Of a DNA stretch of 55,235 nt, positions 8,634 through 16,430 are shown piece by piece; within the stretch, counting starts at the first letter, position 1; each line of letters starts with the position of its first letter. The DNA is taken from positions 1 through 55,235 of IMG/VR virus record IMGVR_UViG_3300015203_000003; one strand, 5' to 3'. The stretch is from a virus. Both the position numbers and the translations under genes were made by a program. The notes below the pieces were generated by a model that was given only the letters and a program-made list of their open reading frames with translations, was not told the DNA's origin and did no database searches.

Positions 8634-8911
8634 GAATATGCCTATCAATTCTAAATGGAGACGGTATTTCCGTGTACATCGAAAACAAGAATGGCGACGA
8701 GCTTCGCGTTTCGGAGCGGTATCGCTGCGGAACGACGCCAAGACAGGTCGTAAGGTCGATAGAGAGTGCGGCCAAGCAACTTAGGGAGGTTGCGCTACGC
8801 CTTGAATTTCTTGCCCAGCAACCTAATCCATTTAATGCGACGACACAGACACAGGTGAACCGGATTCCCGTTTCTAAACTCACCGAGACCCGTTCGGAGG
8901 ACAACCAATGA
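8630..8911 (+). CDS. Hypothetical protein
   Basis: Preceded by the repeated GGAGGACAACCAATG junction. ATGA overlap. Confidence 0.55.
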   Translation: MRICLSILNGDGISVYIENKNGDELRVSERYRCGTTPRQVVRSIESAAKQLREVALRLEFLAQQPNPFNATTQTQVNRIPVSKLTETRSEDNQ

Positions 8912-9177
8912 GCGACAATACCAAAGTAATACATGCGAGGCGCTGCAAATCGTGTAGTAACCTAGTGACGACGGATGCGACGTGTCCGCTCTGTGATCTT
9001 CCAACTACAAAGCATCCTGACCAATCTATACTTATTGCCTATTGTATGGAATGCGCGCGAGGTCCATTCCCTGCCGGAACAATGCACCTTGTTACCTGGA
9101 ACGAAGACCCATGCAATCAGGACGAAGATGGCGATCTGTACATGATTTGCGAGAAGTGCCTTCGGAAAAACAAATAG
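8908..9177 (+). CDS. Cys-rich zinc-finger protein
   Basis: Four CxxC pairs (CKSC, CPLC, CMEC, CEKC). Preceded by the GGAGGACAACCAATG junction. Confidence 0.55.
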   Translation: MSDNTKVIHARRCKSCSNLVTTDATCPLCDLPTTKHPDQSILIAYCMECARGPFPAGTMHLVTWNEDPCNQDEDGDLYMICEKCLRKNK

Positions 9178-9191
9178 ATAAAGGACAACCA

Positions 9192-9434
9192 ATGAAACAG
9201 GAATTAGAATTTGAAGTCCGCGCAACGGAAGATGGGCCACCCTTAGCCGCCTTTCTATACATCGAATGGGCCTTTGTGTGGATGGATCAGTATTGCCGCA
9301 CCGGAGTTGTGGTGCATGAGAACATGAAGATGGCGAAACCAAAAATACAGGTGTCCCACCCTGATCCATCCTTCCCGTTTGACGAGCACGATTTGAATAA
9401 TCAATTAAGGAGGACAACCAATGAGCGAGATTAG
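9192..9434 (+). CDS. Hypothetical protein
   Basis: Internal ATG at 9192 is preceded by AAGGACAACCAATG. Confidence 0.5.
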   Translation: MKQELEFEVRATEDGPPLAAFLYIEWAFVWMDQYCRTGVVVHENMKMAKPKIQVSHPDPSFPFDEHDLNNQLRRTTNERD

Positions 9435-10035
9435 CGAAGCTGCAAAGTCCGCCGCCTCGGATGTGTGCGCAGATGGCCTTAATCTGGAGCAGCAGCGAGC
9501 GGTGCAACGGAGAATCCAATACGCCATTGACACCGAGAAAACCGCCCTTGAGCAAACCAACGCCCAGCTACGGCAGCAGTTGGAGGAGTCCGTTAAGTAT
9601 CATTCGGCTGAGTTTCAAGACCGCATTGGCTTACAGGATGAGGCAAAAATCCTTCGCCGACTTGGCGGCGAAGCCCAGCAGCGCATTGACTGGCTATCTG
9701 GTCAGCGCGAAATCGAAGTCCAGCAAAAGGAGGCCGCACTAAACGAAGCTGGGGAATGGTTGAAGAACAATGAGTTTCTTCGCAAGGAAAACCGGATACT
9801 CGCAAGTCAACGCGAACGAATGAAGGTCGAACGGGATGAAGCCCAGCAGCAGCGGGACGCGGCGGTTGCGGACTTGGACTGGATCGAGGAATCCTTGCGC
9901 AAGGGCACGGATGTTTTTTATGGCCCAAATACAAAGTGCTTTTATGTAGATTCAAGTTCTCCTCGGTCTCCAAATGGAGAAACGCTCCGCGCCGCCATCG
10001 CCGCCGCCCGTACCCAAACCAAGGAGGGGAAGTAA
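9421..10035 (+). CDS. Coiled-coil protein (Ea22-like layout)
   Basis: Preceded by GGAGGACAACCAATG. A long coiled coil is followed by the C-terminal motif DLDWIEE...TLRAAIAAAR. Confidence 0.55.
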   Translation: MSEISEAAKSAASDVCADGLNLEQQRAVQRRIQYAIDTEKTALEQTNAQLRQQLEESVKYHSAEFQDRIGLQDEAKILRRLGGEAQQRIDWLSGQREIEVQQKEAALNEAGEWLKNNEFLRKENRILASQRERMKVERDEAQQQRDAAVADLDWIEESLRKGTDVFYGPNTKCFYVDSSSPRSPNGETLRAAIAAARTQTKEGK

Positions 10036-10157
10036 TGAGCGAAGACGAGGCATACGAAAAACTACAGGAGTTTTTAGGACTGGCAGAAGAACTAGTGGCA
10101 TCGGGACGATACTCAGCCGAGGAGATTAAGGACGAACTAGAAACGAGACTGGACTAA
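10035..10157 (+). CDS. Small acidic hypothetical protein
   Basis: ATG 10035 overlaps the upstream TAA (TAATG). 40 aa. Confidence 0.35.
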   Translation: MSEDEAYEKLQEFLGLAEELVASGRYSAEEIKDELETRLD

Positions 10158-10161
10158 CCAA

Positions 10162-10761
10162 ATGATCAACCAAGAAAAAGAGATCGATGAGTGGGAATAC
10201 TTCGAGGAGACGATGCCGTCCAACGACCTAATGATCGTATTCCACACGGTTCGAAAGAAGGGCGGCGTGAGCCCTGCGGACAATATTGTGCGCTGTCACT
10301 CGGAGTCCGTAGCTCGACTAATTGCGCAGGCTCCTACCCTCCGCGCCGAAGTCGCCCGGGTACGAGAATCCCGGTTGCGCATAATCGACGAGCGCGAACA
10401 AGCGCTCAAAGAAGTCGCCCGGCTCACCGCAGCGCTTGAAGAAGCAACGCGCTGGCCTACAGTGGCCGTTTCCGACGCTGATAAAATCGCCCGACTCACC
10501 GCCGAGAGGGATGAGGCAAGAAAGCCTGGGGGTGGAACGCTGGGCATCAGTGCATTTGACCAAGGGGTCAAGTTCGCCGCCGATCAATATGAGACCCAGC
10601 TTGCCGAGCTTCGCAAGGACGGGGAGCGGTTGGATTGGCTCGCGTCCTGTAGCTACATCAAAATCGACGTTGACCGATACGGCAACGGACTTCGGATCGG
10701 AATTGATCGAGACGATGGTATTCGCGCAGCCCTGGACGCGGCACGGAAGGAGCACGCGTGA
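10162..10761 (+). CDS. Coiled-coil protein (Ea22-like layout), loosely related to 9421..10035
   Basis: The C-terminal LDWLASCSY...GIRAALDAARKE echoes the C-terminal motif of the upstream coiled-coil protein. Confidence 0.55.
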   Translation: MINQEKEIDEWEYFEETMPSNDLMIVFHTVRKKGGVSPADNIVRCHSESVARLIAQAPTLRAEVARVRESRLRIIDEREQALKEVARLTAALEEATRWPTVAVSDADKIARLTAERDEARKPGGGTLGISAFDQGVKFAADQYETQLAELRKDGERLDWLASCSYIKIDVDRYGNGLRIGIDRDDGIRAALDAARKEHA

Positions 10762-10964
10762 ATGAGTCTAACTTTCTACACATTCCCTTGGGTGCTGGAT
10801 GGTGCAAAATATCACTCGGTAATTCGGAGGAAGATTTCAACCTGATGTTGGACACGCTTCGGCTTTGGAAAAAAAGGATTGCGCCTCCCATATGCCTCTC
10901 AAGGAAACCGCGCAAAGGGGCTTCTATGAGATACTTTTCAGTGGCGCGGAAGGAGAAGCCATGA
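10758..10964 (+). CDS. Hypothetical protein
   Basis: GTG start overlaps the upstream stop, and the stop overlaps the next ATG. No motif. Confidence 0.35.
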   Translation: MNESNFLHIPLGAGWCKISLGNSEEDFNLMLDTLRLWKKRIAPPICLSRKPRKGASMRYFSVARKEKP

Positions 10965-11278
10965 CCCGCACCCCGTTACGTCGCAAGACGCCGATGCGGC
11001 GCGGAGGCAAGCTGGCGGCAGCAAGTCCAAAGCGGCGGCGGGACCTGATCGAGTATGCGAAGCTGCGGAAGACGTTTCTGGAGGTGCATACGCATTGCCA
11101 GTTTCCAAACTGTGAGAAGCGGGCAACCCAGGTCCACCATTCCAAGCGCCGGGGAAAACATCTCCTCGACGTTTGCAGCTTCCGAGCAGTTTGTTTCGAG
11201 TGCCATCGCTGGATTGAAACGCACGCGCGGCAGGCGGAAGCCATGGGGCTTCTGGTGCGTGAGAATGAGAAGCACTGA
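10961..11278 (+). CDS. HNH endonuclease
   Basis: ATG 10961 follows a GGAGAAG Shine-Dalgarno sequence. The pattern CQFPNC...ATQVHHSKRRG...CFECHRWIE is an HNH/Cys4 pattern. Confidence 0.6.
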   Translation: MTRTPLRRKTPMRRGGKLAAASPKRRRDLIEYAKLRKTFLEVHTHCQFPNCEKRATQVHHSKRRGKHLLDVCSFRAVCFECHRWIETHARQAEAMGLLVRENEKH

Positions 11279-11284
11279 CAAATT

Positions 11285-11485
11285 ATGAAAATAAAACAAT
11301 GGATTCCGGGGATTCACTTATCGTGGCTCCAAGTTAACTGGTGGAAGTATCTTCTTAAGAAACCATTATCTCTACGTGCTTTCTGGTGCCGAGCCTGCGG
11401 CCACCCAAGCGGCGTGGTGTTTTACAATACGGGTGGAGACGAACCGGACATGACCTGTACGAATTGCGGAGACGATTTAGGATGA
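11285..11485 (+). CDS. Small zinc-ribbon protein
   Basis: Contains CRACG...CTNCG. Confidence 0.5.
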   Translation: MKIKQWIPGIHLSWLQVNWWKYLLKKPLSLRAFWCRACGHPSGVVFYNTGGDEPDMTCTNCGDDLG

Positions 11486-11535
11486 ACACAACAACGCCCG
11501 TGCGGCTCGTGCGCTGGGCTACCTGAAATGACGAT

Positions 11536-12003
11536 ATGAAAACAAAATTCTCCATTCGGGCGCAGCATTATTGCGACCATTGCGGCAAGATGCGCCGGAC
11601 CATTGGGGGGATTATCAAACACGAGAATGGATGCTGTAAAAACCCATCCCGGATTTGTAATTATTGCAAGATGGCTGGCACTGAGCAAATGCCAATGAAT
11701 GATTTAATTGAGGCCCTGAAATACGGCGGGCTGCAACAGCTTCGAAAAGAAGCTACAAATTGCCCGATGTGCATTCTTTCTGCGCTGGTTCAAGCTGGGC
11801 GTGGAGGAACAGAAGGTAAACCGGAGGACTTGGAATTCGACTTCAAAAGAGAACGCGAACAATTTATGAGGGACATAAATGACGCCGACGCCGGAGGAGG
11901 TAGATGCAGGCCATTTCAACCGAACATAATGGCGCATTTTGAATTAGGACGGCGCGTGAAAGCAGAGCGCAAGGAATGGATGAAATCACGAGGGATAAAG
12001 TGA
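11536..12003 (+). CDS. Cys-rich hypothetical protein
   Basis: Contains CDHCG, CCKNPSRICNYC and CPMC motifs. Confidence 0.55.
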   Translation: MKTKFSIRAQHYCDHCGKMRRTIGGIIKHENGCCKNPSRICNYCKMAGTEQMPMNDLIEALKYGGLQQLRKEATNCPMCILSALVQAGRGGTEGKPEDLEFDFKREREQFMRDINDADAGGGRCRPFQPNIMAHFELGRRVKAERKEWMKSRGIK

Positions 12004-12006
12004 CCC

Positions 12007-12306
12007 ATGCCGCTCCCCCTGACACCCGAGCAGGCCGCAGTGGCCGCCGAACCCGAGGCGCTGGGCCGGACCAGGTACCGCGAGCTGGAGCCGGTCCTGG
12101 TGGGCCAGGTGCGCTGTGTGGCCGGTGTGTGGCAGATCGAACTGATCGTCATCCGCCAGAGCGTGGGCCGCAAGATCCTGAAGATCATCGAGGACGAGCG
12201 GCTGCAACTGGAGGCTCAGAACGAACAGCGGCGGCTGGCCGATCCGGAACTGGCGCCAGTGGTGGCGGCCGCGGCGAAACCTGAGTGGGATGGAGAACTG
12301 TTTTAG
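12007..12306 (+). CDS. Hypothetical protein
   Basis: 99-aa ORF, the last gene before a 283-nt non-coding gap. Confidence 0.5.
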   Translation: MPLPLTPEQAAVAAEPEALGRTRYRELEPVLVGQVRCVAGVWQIELIVIRQSVGRKILKIIEDERLQLEAQNEQRRLADPELAPVVAAAAKPEWDGELF

Positions 12307-12589
12307 GGCCCATAGGTTAAGTCATTTGAAATGAAGACTTTGAGATTGAAATCGGCAAAAAACAGGGCACTTGGGGACCGGCCGCCAAATACCGCAACAA
12401 AAAGCTTGCCCGGCCAGCCACGGCAGGGCTACATAGGCACCGTTCGCGTGTTGTGAGAATCGCGCGAATCGTCTACAACGACATGAAACCGACCTTCCTT
12501 CAACCCGCATCCTCCGGGATACCTAGCGTTATCGTTGGCGCAAAAGTTCTCGCTCCTGGGGTGGTGCGGGTTGAAAGAGGGGCCGGGGC

Positions 12590-13354
12590 ATGAAGCGGGG
12601 AACGCCACGGCATCCGAAGGTCGAGGAGCTTGGATTGACGCTCAAAATACCACGCTTTTCAGCCGTGGGGCTGCTGGAATTACTTTGGCATTTTACCGCC
12701 GAATTTTGCCGGCCGGGAGACATTGGCCGCTTCTCCGACGACTCAATTTCAAAGGCTTTGTCGTGGAATAAGGCGAGCGGAGAGCTTGTTTCGGCGCTCG
12801 TTTCGTGCGGGTGGCTGGATCAATGCGTCTGCCATCGACTCCGCGTCCATAATTGGCCTCATCATGCGGACCAGACGGTGGTGCGTGTGTTAACCAATCA
12901 GAATCAACGGTTTATATCATGCTATGATGATCCTAGCACCATAATAGCTGGCGGTTATGATGAAACTAACCTCCCCAAGGCCCAAGGCCCAAGGCCAATA
13001 CCCAAGGCCTCATCCCAAGGCCCAAGGCCGTCCGCTGGCGCGGATAGCGAGTCTTTGGCGAGGGCAAAAAAACTTTTTGGGAAAAGAGAATCGACCGCGC
13101 TCGACTCCGCCGAAGGCCGGGCATGGAAGACCGCCGCGCCAATCGTGGAGGCTACGAATAAGGAGGGCTGGGAATTGCTGGAATGGGCCTACTCGCAGAC
13201 CGATGGGGACGCCTCCCGGTTCCGCCGCCAAGGCTTCGCCACGCTTTTGAACAACTGGAACGGCGAGATCGAAAAGGCGCGCAACTGGCGGAACGGAAAC
13301 GGCACGAACGGCAAAGCGCAGCACGCCGCGCCTGGATCGGTGGACCAATGGTAG
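12590..13354 (+). CDS. Replication initiator / replisome-organiser-like protein
   Basis: AAGAGGGG Shine-Dalgarno sequence. The N-terminal part looks like a winged helix. The gene lies directly upstream of, and overlapping, a DnaC-like loader gene, and contains an internal DNA repeat array. Confidence 0.5.
   Translation: MKRGTPRHPKVEELGLTLKIPRFSAVGLLELLWHFTAEFCRPGDIGRFSDDSISKALSWNKASGELVSALVSCGWLDQCVCHRLRVHNWPHHADQTVVRVLTNQNQRFISCYDDPSTIIAGGYDETNLPKAQGPRPIPKASSQGPRPSAGADSESLARAKKLFGKRESTALDSAEGRAWKTAAPIVEATNKEGWELLEWAYSQTDGDASRFRRQGFATLLNNWNGEIEKARNWRNGNGTNGKAQHAAPGSVDQW
12974..13027. repeat. Six exact CCCAAGG heptamers (3 tandem + 1 + 2 tandem): iteron-like array, candidate origin
   Basis: Copies start at 12974, 12981, 12988, 13001, 13014 and 13021. 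A locally AT-richer stretch (about 12905-12972) lies just upstream. The array is inside the initiator-like gene. Confidence 0.45.
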
Positions 13355-14160
13355 ACGAACCCGCCATTATGCCTCCCGCGCCGTCTCTGGAAAAACTGGA
13401 GGCCGAGGTTGCCGAACACCTGCGCCGCGTCGAGGAGAAGAAGCAGAACGCCGTTGCCCAGCAAAAGGCCGAGGAAGCCGTGCAAATTCAGGAGGAAGTA
13501 CCTTGCTCCCACTGCGGGGAGCAGTTCCCAGCCCTCGGAGTTCAATGCCTGGGCCGGAAAATCCTGATGAAAGTTTGCCCGGCCTGCGTGGCGCTGGCCG
13601 AAAGCGAAGTGGTGCAGGAAAAAACCGTCCAAGCCAAAAGCGATGAGGACGAGGAATGGAACGCGCTGTGCCCCCCGCTATACCGCCTCACCGACCTTTC
13701 CCGCCTCTCCATGCCTCCCGAGGCCGTGCGCGAGGTGCTGGCCTGGTCTGGGCCGCAGGGCTTGGCGTTGGCTGGGGCGACCGGACGCGGCAAAACGCGG
13801 CTGATGTTCCTGCTTTTGAAGCGGCTCCATGACGAGGGCCGGAAAGTGTTCGCCATTTCATCCAAGGCGTTCGAGCGGCATTGCGGGCGCATGTTTGAGA
13901 AGGACGGTGAAAGCCGGGAGCAAATCGAGCGATGCGCCCGAGCCGAGGTGCTGTTTCTGGACGACCTTGGAAAAGAGAGGATGACAGATCGCGTTGAAAG
14001 CGAGCTTTACGCGCTGATCGAAGAGCGTGGAGCCCACCTGAAACCGATTCTCTGGACGACAAACGCGGACGCAAAATCCCTTTCCTCGATGATGAGCCCC
14101 GACCGATCGGAGCCGATTATTCGCCGGCTGAAAGAGTTTTCGAAAATTATCAGCGTATGA
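13348..14160 (+). CDS. DnaC/IstB-like AAA+ helicase loader
   Basis: ATG 13348 overlaps the upstream gene end. Walker A GATGRGKT, Walker B VLFLDDLG, and a Cys cluster CSHCG...CPAC near the N-terminus. Confidence 0.75.
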   Translation: MVDEPAIMPPAPSLEKLEAEVAEHLRRVEEKKQNAVAQQKAEEAVQIQEEVPCSHCGEQFPALGVQCLGRKILMKVCPACVALAESEVVQEKTVQAKSDEDEEWNALCPPLYRLTDLSRLSMPPEAVREVLAWSGPQGLALAGATGRGKTRLMFLLLKRLHDEGRKVFAISSKAFERHCGRMFEKDGESREQIERCARAEVLFLDDLGKERMTDRVESELYALIEERGAHLKPILWTTNADAKSLSSMMSPDRSEPIIRRLKEFSKIISV

Positions 14161-14414
14161 AAATCCCCGGCGTCCATCCGAACGTAGCGCGCATGCTCAC
14201 CCGGCGCGGATTCACAATTATTGAAATTGGACGGCGGCTATTTGTCCGCAACAAGGAATGGGTTTGTCCCATAGCTGATGGGATAGCATACTGCCGGGCG
14301 CTCAATAACCGCGAGAAGCAGGCGCGATATGTCAAGCGCCACCGGGAGCAGGTCAACGCCTACATGCGCGAGTACCAAAACAAGCGTCGGGCACAAACGG
14401 AGGTGGCAGCGTGA
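14157..14414 (+). CDS. Hypothetical basic protein
   Basis: ATGA overlap with the loader gene. 85 aa. Confidence 0.5.
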   Translation: MKIPGVHPNVARMLTRRGFTIIEIGRRLFVRNKEWVCPIADGIAYCRALNNREKQARYVKRHREQVNAYMREYQNKRRAQTEVAA

Positions 14415-15253
14415 GGGAGTTGCAACTTTTTGATAAAACCCAAAAGCTCCCGAAGAGATCACTCTCAGGACCATTGAGTGAGGGGCAAATTACCGCCCTT
14501 CTTGCACTCAAATATCCAGCACCAGAGTACGCTTTCCTTCCGCAGTGCCGAAACGGGACAGGATTTACTCGTGTCACGAGAACCGCTGATGCACTGGCAA
14601 TGAGCCTTTATCCATCAAGGGGGCTCACCCTCACCGGCTTTGAAATCAAAAGCAGCCGGGCCGACTGGAGGAACGAAAAGAAGAATCCTGAGAAAGCCGA
14701 AGAGATAGCGCGATTCTGCGACTTCTGGATTGTCGTCGCCGGCCACGAAGAGGTGATTCCGGTGGAAGAGGTTCCGAATGCATGGGGATTGCTCGTCCCC
14801 GGTAAGGAAGGGAAAACCCTCGTGCTTAAAAAGGCTCCCGAGAAGTTGGAGGCCCAGCAAATTACCCGCAACTTCTTGGCCGGATTGCTACGCAAGGCCG
14901 CAGAGCGCGTCGTTCCAAAAGACGAGGTGCAAGCCAAGATAAACGCCGAGGTAGAGCGCCGCATAGCCTCAAACTATAACACGGCTGGAGACGAGTTGAT
15001 CCGATACAAGTTGGCTCACGAGAAGCTTATTGAAAATGTGCGGTCCTTCGAAGCGCGCAGCGGGCTTACGGTAAGGGTTGAGGACTGGAGCATGCGCGGC
15101 GACCTCCGCCCTCATATCGCCTTTTCAATGTCGGGCGGCATTGGTCGATTCCAAAAAGAACTCCATGACCTCGCCAAAACAGCTGACCGTATTGCATCCA
15201 CGATTCGGAAAGAAGTGGAAAGCGAAAGTTTAGACCCTGATTTTTCGATATGA
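14411..15253 (+). CDS. PD-(D/E)XK nuclease-like protein (MmcB-like N-terminal domain)
   Basis: GTG start overlaps the upstream stop. The motif RTADALAMSLY...GFEIKSSRADW fits a D...E-x-K nuclease core as I remember it from MmcB-like phage proteins. Confidence 0.45.
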   Translation: MRELQLFDKTQKLPKRSLSGPLSEGQITALLALKYPAPEYAFLPQCRNGTGFTRVTRTADALAMSLYPSRGLTLTGFEIKSSRADWRNEKKNPEKAEEIARFCDFWIVVAGHEEVIPVEEVPNAWGLLVPGKEGKTLVLKKAPEKLEAQQITRNFLAGLLRKAAERVVPKDEVQAKINAEVERRIASNYNTAGDELIRYKLAHEKLIENVRSFEARSGLTVRVEDWSMRGDLRPHIAFSMSGGIGRFQKELHDLAKTADRIASTIRKEVESESLDPDFSI

Positions 15254-15573
15254 ACAAAGGCTTCCACCGCAAGCATCCCCTCGGGCTGGCCGACATGGTG
15301 AGGCTAAACATGGCAACGTCCAGCGCCGAGCCCACCGCGCCCGTGGCACCGCCTATAGCCCCTGTGACCGTGCCGGTACAGCGGGAGCAGCCACAGAACG
15401 CCGTGGCGGGGCTCAGAGGAGGCCGCGACATCATCGAGTACGCCTGGGACCTGTTCCGCTGCGACAAGGTGCGGGTGACGGACCGGGCTGGCACCGTGCT
15501 GTTCGAGGGACAGCGGGGGCAACCGGAGGAGCTGTGGTTCGACGCGGTGAAGAGGGATCCGGTGCTGCTATGA
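15250..15573 (+). CDS. Hypothetical protein
   Basis: ATGA-coupled on both sides. Confidence 0.5.
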   Translation: MNKGFHRKHPLGLADMVRLNMATSSAEPTAPVAPPIAPVTVPVQREQPQNAVAGLRGGRDIIEYAWDLFRCDKVRVTDRAGTVLFEGQRGQPEELWFDAVKRDPVLL

Positions 15574-15782
15574 GCCATCCGATATTCAACAACGTGAAGT
15601 GGGATTTACTACCTCCGCAAGAGGAGTCCGGTGACGGTATTCCCTACGCGACACACGAGGGTATTTTGGAAATCGTCGGGAAAAAACTCAGGTGCTACCG
15701 GCTATCCAATGGGCAAGCCGTAATCCACGCTGACGACATGCGCGAATTATTCGGCGATCTGCTACCAGAGAATCCAGCATGA
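15570..15782 (+). CDS. Hypothetical protein
   Basis: Internal ATG at 15570 overlaps the upstream stop. Confidence 0.5.
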   Translation: MSHPIFNNVKWDLLPPQEESGDGIPYATHEGILEIVGKKLRCYRLSNGQAVIHADDMRELFGDLLPENPA

Positions 15783-16021
15783 GCACCCCCCGCACCCTGA
15801 CCCAGCCGCCGTCTGCGACCAAATGGATTCCGGTCGCCGAAATGCTACCCGAGCCTGGCGTAGAAGTCTGGACGAAGATTCACGACAAGGACGGATGCCG
15901 AAACAAACGAAGCCTGAAACTCAAGGGCAACCTCTGGTGGCTACCGGACATGATTACGTATGTCTACTACCGGCCCACGCATTGGGCAGTGAAGGAGGCA
16001 AATGAGCAAACGAACCATTGA
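15779..16021 (+). CDS. DUF551-like protein
   Basis: KWIPVAEMLPEPGVEVW...THW resembles the DUF551 pattern. A second copy of this type lies at 27927..28223. Confidence 0.45.
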   Translation: MSTPRTLTQPPSATKWIPVAEMLPEPGVEVWTKIHDKDGCRNKRSLKLKGNLWWLPDMITYVYYRPTHWAVKEANEQTNH

Positions 16022-16430
16022 CAAGCCGCCGTCCGGTGACGTAGCCGCGCTCAACCCGCACCTGTACGGGACCGGGGCGGCGGTGGCTGCTGGGGCCAAG
16101 CCGATGAAGATGCGGCTGGACAAATCGGACCTGTACAAAATGACCGGGCCGGAGCGGGTGTTCAACGCGGTTCTGGAGGCTGACAAGCGATGCGGCAGGA
16201 TTCGGGACTTCAAACCCTGGGGGCTGAAACTCCGCTGGGGTGGTAACATGACCTACAGCCCAGATTTTGTTATCGAGGGCGAAGGCAAGCTGCGAGTCGT
16301 GGAGATAAAAGGAAAACGATTCTTCCCGAAGGACGTTATCCGATTCAAAGGATGCCGTGAGGAGTGGAAGCACCTTTTCGACTTTGAACTTTTTCAGGTG
16401 GTGGACGGCGAACCGAAGAGGATTTTATGA
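16002..16430 (+). CDS. PD-(D/E)XK nuclease (DUF1064/VRR-NUC-like)
   Basis: YSPDFVIEGEGKLRVVEIKGKRF is a D...E-x-K core. The gene is coupled to the SNF2 helicase gene. Confidence 0.55.
   Translation: MSKRTIDKPPSGDVAALNPHLYGTGAAVAAGAKPMKMRLDKSDLYKMTGPERVFNAVLEADKRCGRIRDFKPWGLKLRWGGNMTYSPDFVIEGEGKLRVVEIKGKRFFPKDVIRFKGCREEWKHLFDFELFQVVDGEPKRIL

Noticed and set aside
12322-12510. 62-aa minus-strand ORF in the 283-nt gap
   Set aside because: It has no Shine-Dalgarno sequence or promoter geometry. The product is Cys/Arg-rich and improbable. It is more likely non-coding regulatory DNA.
12974-13027. The CCCAAGG repeat array considered as a CRISPR array or a simple microsatellite
   Set aside because: The repeats are 7 bp, partly tandem and have no spacers of CRISPR size. 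They lie in frame within a gene. They are better explained as iterons or coding repeats.
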